Part shown: in pieces, positions 35,055 to 49,179 of the stretch
Layout: each line of letters begins with the position of its first letter
Position numbering within the stretch: the stretch's first letter is position 1
NCBI RefSeq assembly: GCF_018977255.1
Contig: NW_024704743.1
Coordinates: 50,656,001-50,720,000 of the forward strand
Direction of reading: 5' to 3'
From: Callorhinchus milii
Lineage: Eukaryota
Length of the DNA stretch: 64,000 bases
Made by a program: the position numbers and the translations under genes
Notes under the pieces: generated by a model
The model's input: only the letters and a program-made list of their open reading frames with translations
Told to the model about the DNA's origin: nothing
Databases searched by the model: none

Positions 35055-35760
35055 CAACAACAACAACAACAAAATTACATTTGTATGGCACCTTTCACGT
35101 CGGGAGGACATCCCAAGGGCTGGACAGGCAGAATTAATGATAATAACAATCCTTGCATTTGATATAGTGCTTTTCATGTCTTCTCGATGTCTCAAAGCGC
35201 TTCACAAAATATACTGTAAAGTGAATTGACCGTATATTTGTGGGCGAAACACGGCAGCCAATTGCGCACAGCAGTGTCGCACAAACAGTCGTGGATTGAA
35301 AATGACCAATTTATTATTATTTTGTTTTTGAGGGATTATTATTAGGCGTGTGGAGTAAGGAAACTTGCCCAAGGTTTCTGCCTGGAATTGAACCCAGGTG
35401 TCTCGCTTGCAAGGCGAGTACTCTAACCACTGGGCTATAGGACTCCACAGGAGTTGCGGAGTTACAGACCTGAGCTGAGGCCAAACGGAGGGACTGTGGG
35501 ATGGAGTTCCAGAGGGTGGGTGCAGAGTGGCGGAAGGCCCGCTCGTCGATAGTGGGACGAGCAAGGCGGGGGACATGAAGCAGAGCGGAGGGAAGCGAAC
35601 AGCTGTGGTAGGGGGTTAGGAGGTTGGTGAGGTAGGGGGGAGCAAGACTGTGGAGTGCTTTGAAGGTGAGGACCAGGATCTTGAACTGTATCCTCTGTGA
35701 GATGGGAAGCCAGTGGAGTTGGGCAAGAATGGGGGTGGTAGGGTCGCGGAGCCTAGTGCA
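35055..35760 (-). mobile_element. L2 3' fragment interrupted by a SINE
   Basis: TPILAQLHWLPISQRIQFKILVLTFKALHSLAPPYL; L2 tail at 35055-35125. Confidence 0.88.
35135..35448 (-). mobile_element. Full-length SINE family A (short, internally deleted form)
   Basis: GTGGAGTCCTATAGCCCAGTGG head, CTCGCCTTGCAAGCGAG arm (TGC), GGTTCAATTCC B box. Confidence 0.9.
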
Positions 35761-37184
35761 GAGCCAATATTCAGTAGCCATATAACACAATCAGCCACAA
35801 AGTGAATGATTAATTTATCTGGACGATTGTTGGCCAGAATACTGGAAGAACCTCCATTCCCTTTTTAAAATCCAACAGTCTAAAAATAAGGAGGAGAGCT
35901 ACACTGATCAATAATATTTAGCAGTTTGAATAAAGAAATGCAAGCTAGTAGGGTGTTGGATCAGAAACAGACCTGAGTCAAGGAAAGATGGAGATACACC
36001 CTTAAAACAAAACTGATGGCAGGGTAAGGTAGCCAGCAGGTGTCACCATTGAGGAGGTGTGGAGATTAATGGTCTGAGGTCCACTTAGTTTAGGAATCCT
36101 CCAGATTAATTGATCATTCACCTCATGGCTGTTTGAAAGACTTTGCTCTGCACAAAATGGCTGCTGTGCTTGCCTACTGCAGTTAATACTTGTGTCAGTA
36201 ATAACTTTGAAGCTTTGATACACTGCCAATTATAATTATAAGCACAGTATGAATGCAAGATCTTTCTTCTAAGTTAAGGGTTGTCACATCAGTTGTTAAG
36301 GTAAGACTGGACTAATTAAATTGATAACTGCAAATATATAGCCATTGTGCAATATAATCGTGTATATAAAAGGCATGATATTGAATGATCTGAAGGAAAA
36401 TACAGAAAACCGTCACATAACTCAATGAAGAAAATTTAGAAATTGGAAGTGAGCAAAGAGAGTAAGATCAGCCAACTCTCCAAAACCGAGTATGAATTGA
36501 AAGATTGGAAAGAAAGAAAGAATTGTAAGAAACAAAGATGGAAGAGTTTCAGCTGAAAAATTAAGAATGCCTAGAAGAAAATAACATGAACAGATTTTGT
36601 CATGGTAAGACCACTATTCCTAATTAATGATCATGACTTTTGAAAGGAGAAGTTTACCATATTTGGCTTGTATTTATATTACTCCAGGATGATTTAAGTT
36701 CTTAGTGTACAATGCATGTGGTACCTCAAAAAGCCCAAAAGGGTCATGCTTATATAACGCCTTTCATGTCCGGAGCCTACTGCAGTATGCTTTGCTTACT
36801 ATGAATATATGACTGATTCAGTTTTGGAGCAAGGCTTAAATTGCAAGCCAAACAGCATTATTGTATTCATGAACAGATTTTCGGTTTAGATTTCAGTAAA
36901 TCTAAGGAAGTAATATTGTTATTTCTGAGAATACCGCATTTAGAATAATTTGTCCAATCTGGTTATAAACCCAAAAAGAAACAAGACTTAAACATGCAAT
37001 ATATTTCAGGATTTAAGATTAGAATTGAACAATGGGGGAATTCTCAAGGTTTAATATGTAATCTAACAAAATGTATGTAACAAGTTCTAGGAAAGTTAAC
37101 TGCACCTGTATTCCTGATACAACAACAATAACAATTGTATTTATAAAGCACTCCATGCGCTGAACTGAGTCCCTTACATTACAT

Positions 37185-37400
37185 GCCTTTCATGTCGGGA
37201 GGATGTCTCAAAGTGCTTCATAAGATTTACTGTAAATTGTATTTGCTGGCGAATGTGACAGCCAATTTGTACACAGCAATATCCCACAAACAACCATGAA
37301 GTGAATTACCAATTTTATTTGAGGAATTGTTGGCCAGGACACCAGGATAAAATCCCTCCTCTTTTTGAATAGTGCTATGTGACCTGTAATGTCTGCCTGC
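37185..37400 (-). mobile_element. Deu-SINE 3' part
   Basis: CAGCCAATTTGTACACAGCAATATCCCACAAAC...TTGGCCAGGACACCAGGA. Confidence 0.75.
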
Positions 37401-38289
37401 ACTCGTTTATCATCTTGATCTTAGTTTGAAACATTGAGTGCATTTAAAATGTCATGTATAATTAAAGATTTATTTTCTTTTGCAAAAGTGATCTATAATG
37501 TTGAGCACTTTTTAAAAAACTATTTTTATTTGGTGGCTGACACGTGCAGAAACACATCACTATGTTTAAATGTATCCACACACCAGACCGAGAGTTCCAT
37601 GTATACCACCTACACATTGAAAATATTTCTGTTCTGATTTTTTTTAAAAAGATTGTCAGTGAAACATGAGTTAAAAACTCTGTAAAGTTTCAATATACAT
37701 GGGTCCTGGTGATTATAGACACAATTTTATAATTGCTTGAACTTGTTATTTGTTTTAGCATTAAACCAGTATTGTCTCATGTTTGACTGCTTGGCTGCTT
37801 AGTTATGACATATTTTTATTACATGACAAATATACACCCAGGGGCTCCAGGGTCTGATTTATAAGCACTCAAATGAACACAGAGATAACTGTCCAACTAT
37901 CAATAAATAACTACTGTACTAGGAAAAGGGACAATATTTGTTTCAACTCAAATTAATCTGTCCATGGTCCGTTAAGATCTGACTGTTGGTTGGGTTCTCT
38001 TTAGTATGCTTCAACGACTCTCAGAAAAATAGGGACTTTTACTTATATTGTCTGTGTGAAATGAACTGTGCCTTTTGCTTAGTCTCAACTTTCAACGGGG
38101 GAGGATGAAAGCATTTCATCGCATAAACGCTCATAGTTAGTCATGTTATCATTGCAGATGTGCACTATCGATTAACCAATTAATCTACAAATATTTGGCA
38201 AATTGATCACGACTGCCAAAATGATTAAAAATAAGAGTACATTGGGTTTAAGTGTTGGAATGGTTCAAGATGTGCGTTTACCTTTAGGA

Positions 38290-38760
38290 CCTGGCCTTGT
38301 ATTTTGAATTCCACGTATGTATGCCGCCTATACATGAAAATTTCCCTGTTTTTGAAAATGGAATTAACACACTCTCCCTCTCTCTCTCTGGAGGGAAGCA
38401 CCTTATTTAACTGATTCCGGAGAGTATTGAATGCAAGTTGACAAAGAATCGAGGCTTGGAGACATTAGAGGAGACTGTTAGGCTTTAACCCGCTAAAATC
38501 ACATAGCTAGCCATTGAAAAACTGTCCAGCAAGCTTCCTGCTACTGGTTCAGGTAGGTCCATTGCTACCTGTTAGAACTTTTGCTTGCAGGAGTGGGAAG
38601 AATCCCTGCTTCCAGTGACTGTTCTGCCCCTGTAAGTCTTGCAAAGGAGCCAAATGAGCTAGTCTGATCTGTGATTTACCAGTGCCCTGAAGTACTGTAG
38701 ACCCACTCGCTCAGGTACCCGACTACCGAGACCACCACAGAGTGTTGGCTCGATTCCAAT
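38290..38760 (-). repeat. Repeat family X copy
   Basis: CTCTGGAGGGAA, CCAGTGACTGTTCTGCCCC, GACTACCGAGACCACCACAGAG. Confidence 0.75.
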
Positions 38761-39169
38761 TTGATTCCAGAATCAATCCTACAGTTTTTTTTGTAACAGA
38801 ATTAAGCTGTTTCTTAAATTTGTCCTGGCATCTACTACTGGTTCTCTCTGTTAAAGAAATGCATCCTCATATATATTCTGGATTTGCTTTCTCTAACTCA
38901 TTTGACATCAATATATCCCTATATTTCAATCTCCATTTTGAGGCTGAAGAGGCCAGATTATATAGTTGTTCCTCATATTTTATCCCTCAACACTTGGGAT
39001 CAGTGTTGTTGTTCCTCCTTTTGGCCTGGGTAATCTCTTCATGTTACGGTGACCAGAATTGCAATTAACACTCCAGAGCACTGTAGAGCAAGGGTGTGAA
39101 CTCAACTGATTTGACATCCTATTTGTCTTAATGCCTCATGCTATTTGGATACTGTATGTGATGAATCAT

Positions 39170-39470
39170 ACTGATGTGTGCGTTGGGGTACTGCTAGAGT
39201 CTAACCAGCTAAAACCGCATAGCTTGCCATTGATATTGCTGTCCTGCTTCTTGTCCAGTTAGGACCACCCTACCCATTTGGGCTTTGGTTGCAGAGTTAA
39301 CAGGAGCTGAGTGGGATGACTTTCTGCCCCTAGTGACTGGTCTGCCCTTCCAGGTCCTGCCAATGAGCCAGGCTGGCTGTGCTGTCATCAGCAGTGCCCT
39401 GGAATACTGCTGACCTGCCTGGCTCAGGAACTGGACTACTGAGACCACCACAGAGGGCTGGCTCAATTCT
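39170..39470 (-). repeat. Repeat family X copy (5' half)
   Basis: AGTGACTGGTCTGCCCTTCCAGGTCCTGCCAATGAGCCAGG...GGACTACTGAGACCACCACAGAGGG. Confidence 0.8.
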
Positions 39471-40240
39471 AACATTCCGTTGCCAAGGGCATGTCACCTT
39501 GGAGCCAATTCAGCTCCAAGGAGACCCTGGTTACAAGGGCATGTGTACAGAAGCAACTACATGTCCTCTCAATTATGTCACTAATTACCAATGAAACGAA
39601 TTCCAGGGATTGCTGTAATACTTTCCATTTAGGTATTAACTACATCACTAAAGGCATCTGTAACTCCCTCGGTTCAGAAGAATTTACACAAGAACTCACC
39701 AATTAGACACCAATTTGTTGGACAAATAATTAGTTTTTATTAAGTGTTGGAGGACTGCTTTAAGTGCTCCGAAATGCCATCCAGCATGAGGGGCAATATA
39801 TAAATGCAAGTTGTTATTGTTGAGGTGGAGGAAAAGTGGAAGGAAAAGCAACAAGATAAGTGCCAAGAATGCAGCAGCATATTCTACCTACCCAACAGCA
39901 CTGCAGGAGGTTGTTTTGTGTAACTTACACTTGCAGTCAGCTGTTTGTGAAACTGCAATACGTAATTATGAGCCTGCTTTTGAATATTGGCTAAATATCA
40001 AACCAGTCCATTAATATGTTTTGTTTTTATGATCCCAGCACCTTTACAGGGTAACATAGGATACGTCGCTGACATAGCAGTCAAATTGATTAATCATTTA
40101 TGCTGAAAAAGACAGGAGTTAAACTAAACAGGAATTTCATACCATAGAAATTTAAGTACAGAAGAAGGCATTCGGCCCATTGTGTCAGTGCTGCTTTTTC
40201 AAGCAGCGATCATTTCAGTCCAACTTACTTGCTCTTTCCA

Positions 40241-40735
40241 TAAGACCATAAGATGCAGGAGTAGGCCATTTGCCCCCTCGAGCCTGCCCTGCCATTTAAT
40301 AAGATCATGGCTGATCTTCTAACCTAATTTACCCGCCCTATCCTCATATCCCTTAATCCCTCTATCCATTAGAAAACTATCAATCTCAGTCTTGAATATG
40401 TTCAAGGACTGAACATCCACAGCCTTCTGGGGTAGAGAATTCCACAAATTCACTACCGTCTGAGTGAAGAAATGTTTCCTCAACTCAGTTCAAAAAGGCT
40501 GACCCTTAATCTTGAGACTATGACCCCTAGTTTTAGATTCTCCAAACAGGGAAAACAGTCTCATGGCATCTACCCCGTCAAGACCCTTATGAATCATATA
40601 GGTTTCTACAAGATCGCCTCTAATTCTTCTATATTCTAGAGAAAATAGGCCTAGTTTGCTCAACCTATCCGCATAGGTCAACCCCCTCATCCCAGGAACC
40701 AACCTCGTGAATCTACACTGAACTATCTCTAATGT
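40241..40735 (-). mobile_element. CR1 LINE 3' end (ORF2 C-terminus and 3'UTR), inserted in an older CR1 tail (40140-40240)
   Basis: VPGMRGLTYADRLSKLGLFSLEYRRIRGDLVETY...KTRGHSLKI; tail AATGGCCTACTCCTGCATCTTATGGTCTTA. Confidence 0.93.
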
Positions 40736-41254
40736 ATTCTATAAACTTTTCCTCTAATTTATATTTGCCAATAGAGTACATACTCAAAAAAGGATAGCAA
40801 GGGTTATTCAGAGTCTGGCAGCGAAGAATGTCAATAAGTAACATTTTTGTTGTGTTGGTCTTCTAGAAGTTCAGGGGAGGCCTGTAACAGCCAAAGTGCT
40901 GCAGTGAACCTTCTGTGTGATTAATTTATTAGTACCTTTATTATGACAACAGTATTATTCTTTCTGCCACAATGCCCTCACTTTAGAATCCCTTCACCTC
41001 ACACACTCTGTCTTTAAAACTCTTGCAAAAACCTAGCACTTTGACTTGCCTTCAGGCACCTTGCCCCTACTCACTCCAGGTAAAGTGGTCTGAGATGTTC
41101 TCTTCCATGAATGTGCTATTTAAGTGCAACTTGTATTTATCTAAATTTGGGAAGTATCTTAAACCTCTTTTTATAATTTGACGTTAGATTCTGTCCACAT
41201 GTATTACTTAATTCTTTCCACTTATGGAAAGAAAAAAAATAACTTGTTGGTTAT

Positions 41255-41770
41255 ACGGGTTCCCAGTATTCCAGGGCAATGCTGATGACAACCCAGCCAG
41301 GCTGGCTTATCGGCAGAACTTGGAAGGGCAGACTCATCACTGGTGACAGGGAATCTTCTCAATCAGCTCCTGTTAACCCTGCAAGCCAAAGCCCTAATTG
41401 GTAGGGTGGCCCGAGCTGAACAAGCAGTGGGAAAGCTTGCCAAACAGTGCACTCAATGGCAATCAAAGCAGTTTTAGTTGGATAGACTCCAACAGTATAC
41501 CAAGGTACACTCTGGAGTCCCAAGTCTTGGCGCTTGCTAATCTGCGCCTAATACTTTCCGGAATTAGATAAGAAGGATGCATCCCTCCAGAGAGAGCATG
41601 TGCATTCCATTCCAACAATCTATCTCTGGGAATTTTTGGCCAGACTGGTGTCTGTCACTTGAGGAAACCCATCATCAAGCTTAAGAATATCTAAACCAAA
41701 CTGGTTTGGATATTCTTATGCATAGTAATGGGTTTCTGCATGTGTCAGACACCCAGCTGAATCCCCCAAA
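41255..41770 (+). repeat. Repeat family X copy with a fold-back 3' end
   Basis: Colinear with 10630-11165; 41641-41759 is a near-palindrome. Confidence 0.85.
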
Positions 41771-41959
41771 TTAGGCAAATACACAATGCAATAGTTACAT
41801 TATTCTTAGGTTGCATTATTCTAATATCCACATGAGTTGTTTGAACTCAGAATCCACATGCTATTCCTTATAAGTTTCCCTTTGGACATAGAGAAGTCAC
41901 AGAACATTAATAGTATACAAAAGGCTCTGTTACCACAGTTGCTTTTCATATCAAAGGTG

Positions 41960-42385
41960 TTAGCTGGCTCAGTTGGTGGTACTCTCAACTATGAAGGACA
42001 AGGTTGTGGGTTATGTCCCAGGTGGGGAGTTTGAACTCAGTCTTGGCTGCCACTCCTGTGCAGTACTCTGGGTGTGCTACATTGTTGGACGTGCCGTGCT
42101 TCAGATGAGATATTTCACCAAGGTTCCATCTGCCTGATCAAGTAGACATTCAATATCCCATGACAATGTCTGTAAAGAGAAGGGAGTTTCTCCTACTATA
42201 ATGGTCAAAAATGCCCCAATTAAAATTGGTGATTCACTTAATGCTGATTGTGGGACATTGCTGTGTGCAAATTGTCTGCCGCGTTTGCCCACAGAACACA
42301 CAGTCACTGCAATGTACTGTATATCCTGTGAAGTGCTTTAAGGTCCTGATATGAAAGGCGCTATATCAAAAGTAAGAACTATTCT
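41960..42385 (+). mobile_element. Near full-length Deu-domain SINE
   Basis: TGGCTCAGTTGG A box; GCAGTACT..GTGCTACATTGTTGG; GTGGGACATTGCTGTGTGCAAATTG; tail TGAAAGGCGCTATATCAAA. Confidence 0.82.
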
Positions 42386-45300
42386 ATCCTAACTGTGGGC
42401 AAACTTCATGAAGTGTGGATTTCCTCATGTCTCATCCATGATGTTCATTTCGGCTGCTCAAGACATTTTAAGACACATTTGATGAGTGAAACTGCAGTCG
42501 ACTGTGTTTACCCTACAATAGTGGTGAATCTAAGTGTGGCTGAGGCTGCTTCCTCAGGCTGGTCTAGTCAGTATAGCTCTGGCATGAATCTCAGTGACTT
42601 CACCCTGGCTTGCATTGTTCTTTAACAGTGAAGTATTATGCAAATATCGCAGTGATACGATTTGTCTCTGATAATGACGCATGTAAAATAAACTGTGATC
42701 AGATCTAAGTTTCATATCTTAACTAGGGCAAATGATGTGTAGGTACAGGAGGGGGTTCCTCATTGAGAGAAGTCAGGAGCAGGTGCACTCATTTTACCAT
42801 TAACAGTGAGACGGTGAGATGGGAGAACGGGAGTAGGGGGGACTGATGAGAGTAAAGTCTTAGCACATGAAGAGCTGAGGAGATGAACTGGTAAAAAATA
42901 GAAAACTTGCAAAGCTACAAAAATAAAAGAAAGCTGCATGGGATTTTCCCCCAAGGAGCAACGGACAGGCTTTATAGTGAACATAACCTGTGCTGCTGAT
43001 GATAAGCAGGCACTATCTTCCCAGTGGGTCGCACTGGACCATAATATTACATAATGTTAGTCACTCATGACTTAAATTGATAGCTATGCTGAAATTCACC
43101 ATCTGTAGCACATCAGCTAGAACACTGACAAGTTTGTCTGATCTTACGGGTCTGCTCTGAAATTAATGGGAAAAAAAGTAGGTATTAAGATCAAAGAAAT
43201 GAAATTCAGGTGTAATAAATGCATCAAAGCTTCTTAATGTGCTCACATTCTCACCTTATGGAAACTATTCAGCACTTGCAACTACTCCCCACTGGGACCA
43301 CACAGAACGGACTAGACTGAACTATAACACAGTAGGAGACAACCATTCACAGACTGGAAATGTTTACTTACCTCAAGTATGATTGCCTCATTCTTTCATT
43401 AATCTAAAATAGAGTGCTTTTTGTGGCATATATTGATGGTACATCATTAGTCTTATTCTTGAATCGCCGCCCATTAAAACAAAATATACGATTTCAGAGA
43501 CATTTTTGCATCACCTCAGTTTAATACAGTGACAAAAAAAGATGTCATGATTATTTCAGTAATGATATTGGTGCAAAATATAGGGAACGGATAAGCAAAG
43601 CTTGAATATTTAGCTGTATTATTGCACTGAACCATGTTTTGTGGCTTTAGATACATAAGGATTTCCCTCTGTGTGTGGACGTAGGTATGTGTTTGTGTGT
43701 TTGTCTGTATATTTGTGTGCAAGCAGATTATTTTCATTTGTATTCGTCAGGGTAAGGTTAAACCATCCTATGACATTATAGCAGTTTTACCTTTAATATA
43801 AACAAAAAGCATTTTATTATAAATTGGTAAATTGGATTAAGTATTTGATACACAGCCGTGAAAGAAATTTACCTTTCCCCATTATTGATTTTATTAATTA
43901 AAGTGAATCCAGATCCAAATTCAGATCTGTAAGAGCCAAATTAAAAAAAAATGTGAACTTGAAGTAAAGGTTTATGCAGATATCTATGCAGGAATCCAGG
44001 GAATACTGCAACAAGTCCCAGAGGGTCAGAATAACAAAAAACTACAGTTTAGGCTTGGTGAAGTTGTCCAGGTCAGTTCATTTACAGGATTAATTGACTA
44101 CTCCATAATTTATACATTTGAAGGTCACAAAACAGACCTTAAATGTTATTGGAAGACTACAGAGTGTTTCTACCCAAATATGTTTTCAGTGCTTGGCACG
44201 GCAAAGTAAAAATGCATGAGGCATTTAAAGGTAAGAAAAAAAACATACGATATCACCAGATTTCAGGAGAAACATGAGATTGACAGTGAGATAACATTGA
44301 AAATATGCACTAATTGGCTTTTTTTTCTTGGTGAAATGTAATCTTATATTGACCCAGGGATCTTGATGGAATCCACCTTATTATTTAAATACTCATGTGG
44401 ATAAAAATAATGCAAAAGAATGTAAGGGGTCACTAGGTCCCGTTAACCTGATGATATCACATTCAAAGTAAACCTCTTAAAGTGCAGACTTATGCGGTTT
44501 AGGAAAAACATGTGTTTTAACACTGAAGCAGATTGATATTTGAATTAATTGGTAAATTCAATTTTCTTTCTAGACAGCATAGATCTTCCCTGTCAACCCT
44601 TAAAAGTTAACCTCTCATTGACACAATGATATGCTCATGGTTATTTCCTGCTGATCAACTATTGTTCGTAACTCAATGACCATCAAACATCTGGGGGGTA
44701 ACATCAGCATTCAACATCTGGCATGAGAGGTATGACTAGTACTAAAAAAGATCCTAAATGGAATAAAACTGTGCCACAAGCTGACTGCTGTAAATTATGA
44801 CACTGTAAAGTGATTTTAAAGTTTTAATCTCATTCTGTGGTTTGGTTGATAGCAATAAATCGCAAAAGCTTTCCAGGTGCACTTTGTGATGATATGGGAA
44901 TCCCAAAATATCTCCCAGGCATTTTTTATTCTCAATGATGTTTCCTCTGTTAGCAATAGATTTAAACTGTATCAGACCTACATTGTGGAATCATTATTGT
45001 AGAATGAATTTTAGTTTCCTTCCCATAAAATGAAGCCTCAGATCAGCCTACGTTTCAAACAAAAGATGTTTTATATCTTGAAATCTCTGATTCAGAGGTC
45101 TAAAGCATACCTTTTTACTCTTCTCGTGCTTCCGATGAGCTATAAGCTATTTTCTGCTTGTGGGATTCAAACAATTTGAGTCAAAGTTGATATCTCTGGC
45201 CACCGCGAAGGCCAGCAAGGAGTGTGAAGCTGCTCAGCACATCACTGGCATGTGCTAGGAGAGCCTGTGGAAATTTAAAAATATTTTAGGTTTTGCGACT

Positions 45301-46084
45301 GATCTGGCTAGGCCCGAATTCCTGATACCCAAAATCTGGTAACCTGGGGTTCACTGTCATAATAATTCCCATGAGAAAATACGATCTTACAGTGAAATTA
45401 AGGCTAGCTCCTTTTTTTTAATGCATCCATTGTTACTGTCACTGATATTTTATAGTGGTGAAAATAACATTTGGAATCATACACTTCTGTCTGAGGATAG
45501 AACATTAGCACCTGTGAGATTTATGATTCACTCCATTGTGGATTCTCGCAACTATTCCCAAAGCGGTTTGAATCCAGCATTGACTGTATCTTGGAGGTTT
45601 GACCTGATTGCCTTTATAGCACCAGTGGGATCATTCATAAAAGGATGCTTCTCTATGTCTATCATCTGTGTATGTGAGATCTGCAATCCACGTGCATCTA
45701 GTGTTGACAAGTTCTGCGCTCCATTTCACCAACGCTGCGTTTTATTAGTCAGACGGGAGATGGTGTGTTAAATCTGAGTTTTGGACTCCACGAAGACAGA
45801 TCCTCTGAAAGGAGGCAAGTTATTTCTCCACTCAGACCTCATTGCCATTCAGACTTAATGTTTCCCCGATGACCCCAATGGCCTGATTGCTGCAAATTTA
45901 TTTATAGAAGCCGTTCACATTGTATTTCATGTTCCCCATAACTGCTAATCATTATTTCTATTTGTGTGATTCCAGCCAGTTGCTTAACCTCATGTTTACA
46001 TATATATGTTTGTGTGTATATATGTTATTGGTTCCACTCTTAGATTTATACTTGAGGGGAAATTCTCTTTTCCACTAAATCTAA

Positions 46085-47365
46085 CCTGCAACAACAGTAA
46101 CAACAATTTGCACTTATATTCTAACTTTCATGTGGGTGAAGATTTTAAAGCACAGAGTGGAAATCAGGGTAGGGTGGGAGATGTGGCGGTGGATACACAG
46201 GAGATGACCAATACTTTGTTCAAAGAACAATAATTTACATTTATATAGTGCTCTTCATGCAGGGTAGCATCTCAGAACACTCAACAGTGGCAGAGCTTGA
46301 TACGAGTCAGGGAGAGAGGGAAAGTGAGTTGAGGTGACCATAGGCACGTCTGAAGAGGAAGGTTTTCTGGTATGATCTGATGATGGGCAAGGATGAGGCA
46401 AGGCGGAGGGATTGAGTTAGAGAGCTCCATAGTTTTGTGGTCAAGTCGCTAAAGCACAGCCACTGATGGTGGAGTGCAGGGAACGAGAGACATGTAGGAG
46501 ACAGAGCCAGCTGAACGAAGGTAGTGGAGTTGGGAGTAAGCAGATCAGAGAGTAAGAAGATTTCAAGGCATGAAGTAATATTTATGTGAGTTTAAAGAAC
46601 CAATGGAGACTGGCAAGTACTGGGGTGATGGGGGAATGGAGTTTGGTGTGGGTGGGGATACAAGCATTGGAGTTTTGAATTAATTGGATCTTATGAATAA
46701 TAATAATAGTCCTTGCATTTGATATAGCGCTTTTCACGTCTTCTAGATGTCTCAAAGTGCTTCACAGAATATACTGTAAAGTGAATTGACTGTATATTTG
46801 TGGGCGAACGCGGAGGCCAATTGCGCACAGCAATGTCCCACAAGCAGTCGTAGATTGAAAATGACCAATTTATTATTGTTTTTGTTTTGGAGGGATTATT
46901 ATTAGGCGTGTGGAGTAAGGAAATTTGCCGAAGGTTTCGCCCTGTCTGGAATTGAACTCCGCTCTCTCGCTTGCAAAGCGAGTACTCTAACCACTGAGCT
47001 ACAGGACTCCATGGTGGATCTGGGGAGATCAGCAAGGAGGCCGTTGGAATAATCAATCAAGGTAAAATGTGACAAATGCGTAGATAAGGGTTTCGGCTGT
47101 GTTGGGTATGAGTTGCGGTTGGAGGCGGGCAATGTGGCAATGTGGAGGAAAGCAGTCCTGGTCAGGGACAGAACATGGGTTGGGAAGCTGAGGATCGAAC
47201 CTGACAACTTGATTGCACACAGGTTTAATAAGTCTAAGGGTCAGGCCAGGAAGGTTAAAGAGGTTGGAGCTGCAAGTGAGAAGAGAGGTTATTAGCTGAG
47301 TTTTCAAAATAGAGAAGTGAGCAAGGCAGAGGGATTGAGGGAGAGAGTTCCAGAGAGCAGGAGTT
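46085..47365 (-). mobile_element. Patchwork of decayed L2 3' fragments
   Basis: Reverse L2 tails at ~46090 and ~46230; AETLIYAFVT..LDYSNGLL motif near 47030-47100. Confidence 0.7.
46695..47011 (-). mobile_element. Full-length SINE family A (short form) inserted in L2
   Basis: Highly similar to 35135-35448; TGTAGCTCAGTGG A box, AGTTCAATTCC B box. Confidence 0.9.
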
Positions 47366-48294
47366 ATGTTCCTTAAATACTTTTGTAGATACATGCTTTC
47401 CTTGTTGCCCTTCTTGCATTAGTTTCTCATGATGCTGCATACCTGCTTTGAGATGTGCTCGTCCAAACATAATGTTCTGTTCTCTCAGAATAAGCCCAGC
47501 ATCATCATCTACAATGGAAAATGAATGCATTTTGGGTAACCTCGTTTTTACAAAGAACATAACTGTCCAATAGATAAAACATGCTTAGTTTGTTAAGAAG
47601 TTGCTATTATTTTCCAGCAGACCAGCTCCCTTGACCCTATCTGAGCCCTAAAAAAGACAACCTAACTTTCCCATGGAAATGTTGGCAAACATGATCGTAT
47701 AGTTGATGCCCGGACTTTCCCAGTCTCAAAACCTATATACGTCCCTATTTATTTATAGTACATGCAAGTATTTGAAGTCAGACACATGCACTCTCTGGAT
47801 GATAACTGTGTTTGTTATCAAAAGACAGAATGGACAATTCCAAAATCCTGAAGATTTTTTTCCTGGTTTTACTCATATTGTACAAAGTCATTTCAATAAA
47901 TTCTAAATCATATAGGTTGATTCATTAGAAATGAAACCCAAGCATTGCCAGTAATGAATAGCCAGCCCATAATATTCTTTGAAAGCTGTGGGGTAAATTA
48001 ATATACCATAGACCAATAGGTAAAAAGTAGACTCGGGGCTAGAGTTATCCTATTAACCTAACATTTCAGAGTGTGCAATATTTGGCTATTGTCAAATTGA
48101 GTTTTAACTTTGAAGCCCTTTTCTTAGTTCTTAAAATAAATTTACAGAAAAATCGCTTCAAAACGAAAGATTGTACCAGTATTTAAGAATTTGACAAATT
48201 CTGTCTGCTCTGAAATGCTTCATTAATACTAGAACCAGGCAGAATTTTTATCTATAATTTTTTTGTTGCAAGTCGTACCATAGTGATACTACAG

Positions 48295-48980
48295 CAATGG
48301 CAAGGACTGGATGGATAGAGATACGGAGTTTGGTGCGGATGAAAATATGAGCAGCAGAGCTTTGAATTAATTGGATTTTATGAATGGTGGAGCTGGGGAG
48401 ACTGGCTAGGAGAGCATTGGAATAATCGAAAAGGGAGATGCGTGGATAAGAATTATGGTTGAGTTGGGTGTGAGGTATGGTCAGAGTGGATGAGGGAAAG
48501 TGGAGATGGGAGGAAAAACCATTTGCGGAGACAAAATGAGGGAGGTTAGTTAAGTATGACTCAAACCAGGAAATTGCAAACCCATCGCAATAGAGATGAT
48601 ATCGCCTCTCTTCCCTCATCCACCTTAGTGGATGATTGCATAATCAGTCGTGTGAAAAGCAGCAGAGAGCTTCAGGAAGACAACATGGCAGAGGGAGCCC
48701 TGGTCACAGTAGAGAGGACATAATTTATTACTGTGATGGCCACTGTCTCGGTGCCTTGAGTGGAGCGGAAACCAGCCTGGAGTGGCTCAAGTAAGTAGTG
48801 GAGAGAGAGGTGTGACCAAAGTTGGTTGACAACACATTTCAGGGCTTTAGAAATGAAGGATAAGTTGGAAATGGGACGGTAGTTTGCAAGGTTAGAGAGA
48901 TCAAAGGTGGGTTTTTGAGGAGAGGAGTAATGACAGTAGTTTTAAGGGAGAGCGGGATGGAACTGTAGGAGAGGAATAGG
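48295..48980 (-). mobile_element. Decayed L2 RT fragment with internal deletion
   Basis: WFESYLTN, DYSNALLASLP, KIQLIQSSAA; YRPISNLSFISK at ~48850-48885. Confidence 0.8.
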
Positions 48981-49179
48981 TCTCTCTAACATTCCTGAAC
49001 ACTGACTGCACAGTTTTGATCCAGATTTTTCTCAGGATTACCGTAAAGATGCCAAAATATTAAAAACAAAAGTACCCGAGCTGCTACTTTAGGAAACGTT
49101 GCATCAAGTTTAGTCACCTCCAGCTCCCTGTTGGGAGGCTACACAAACCTGGTGTGTTCTGGAATGAAAGATTAAAGAT

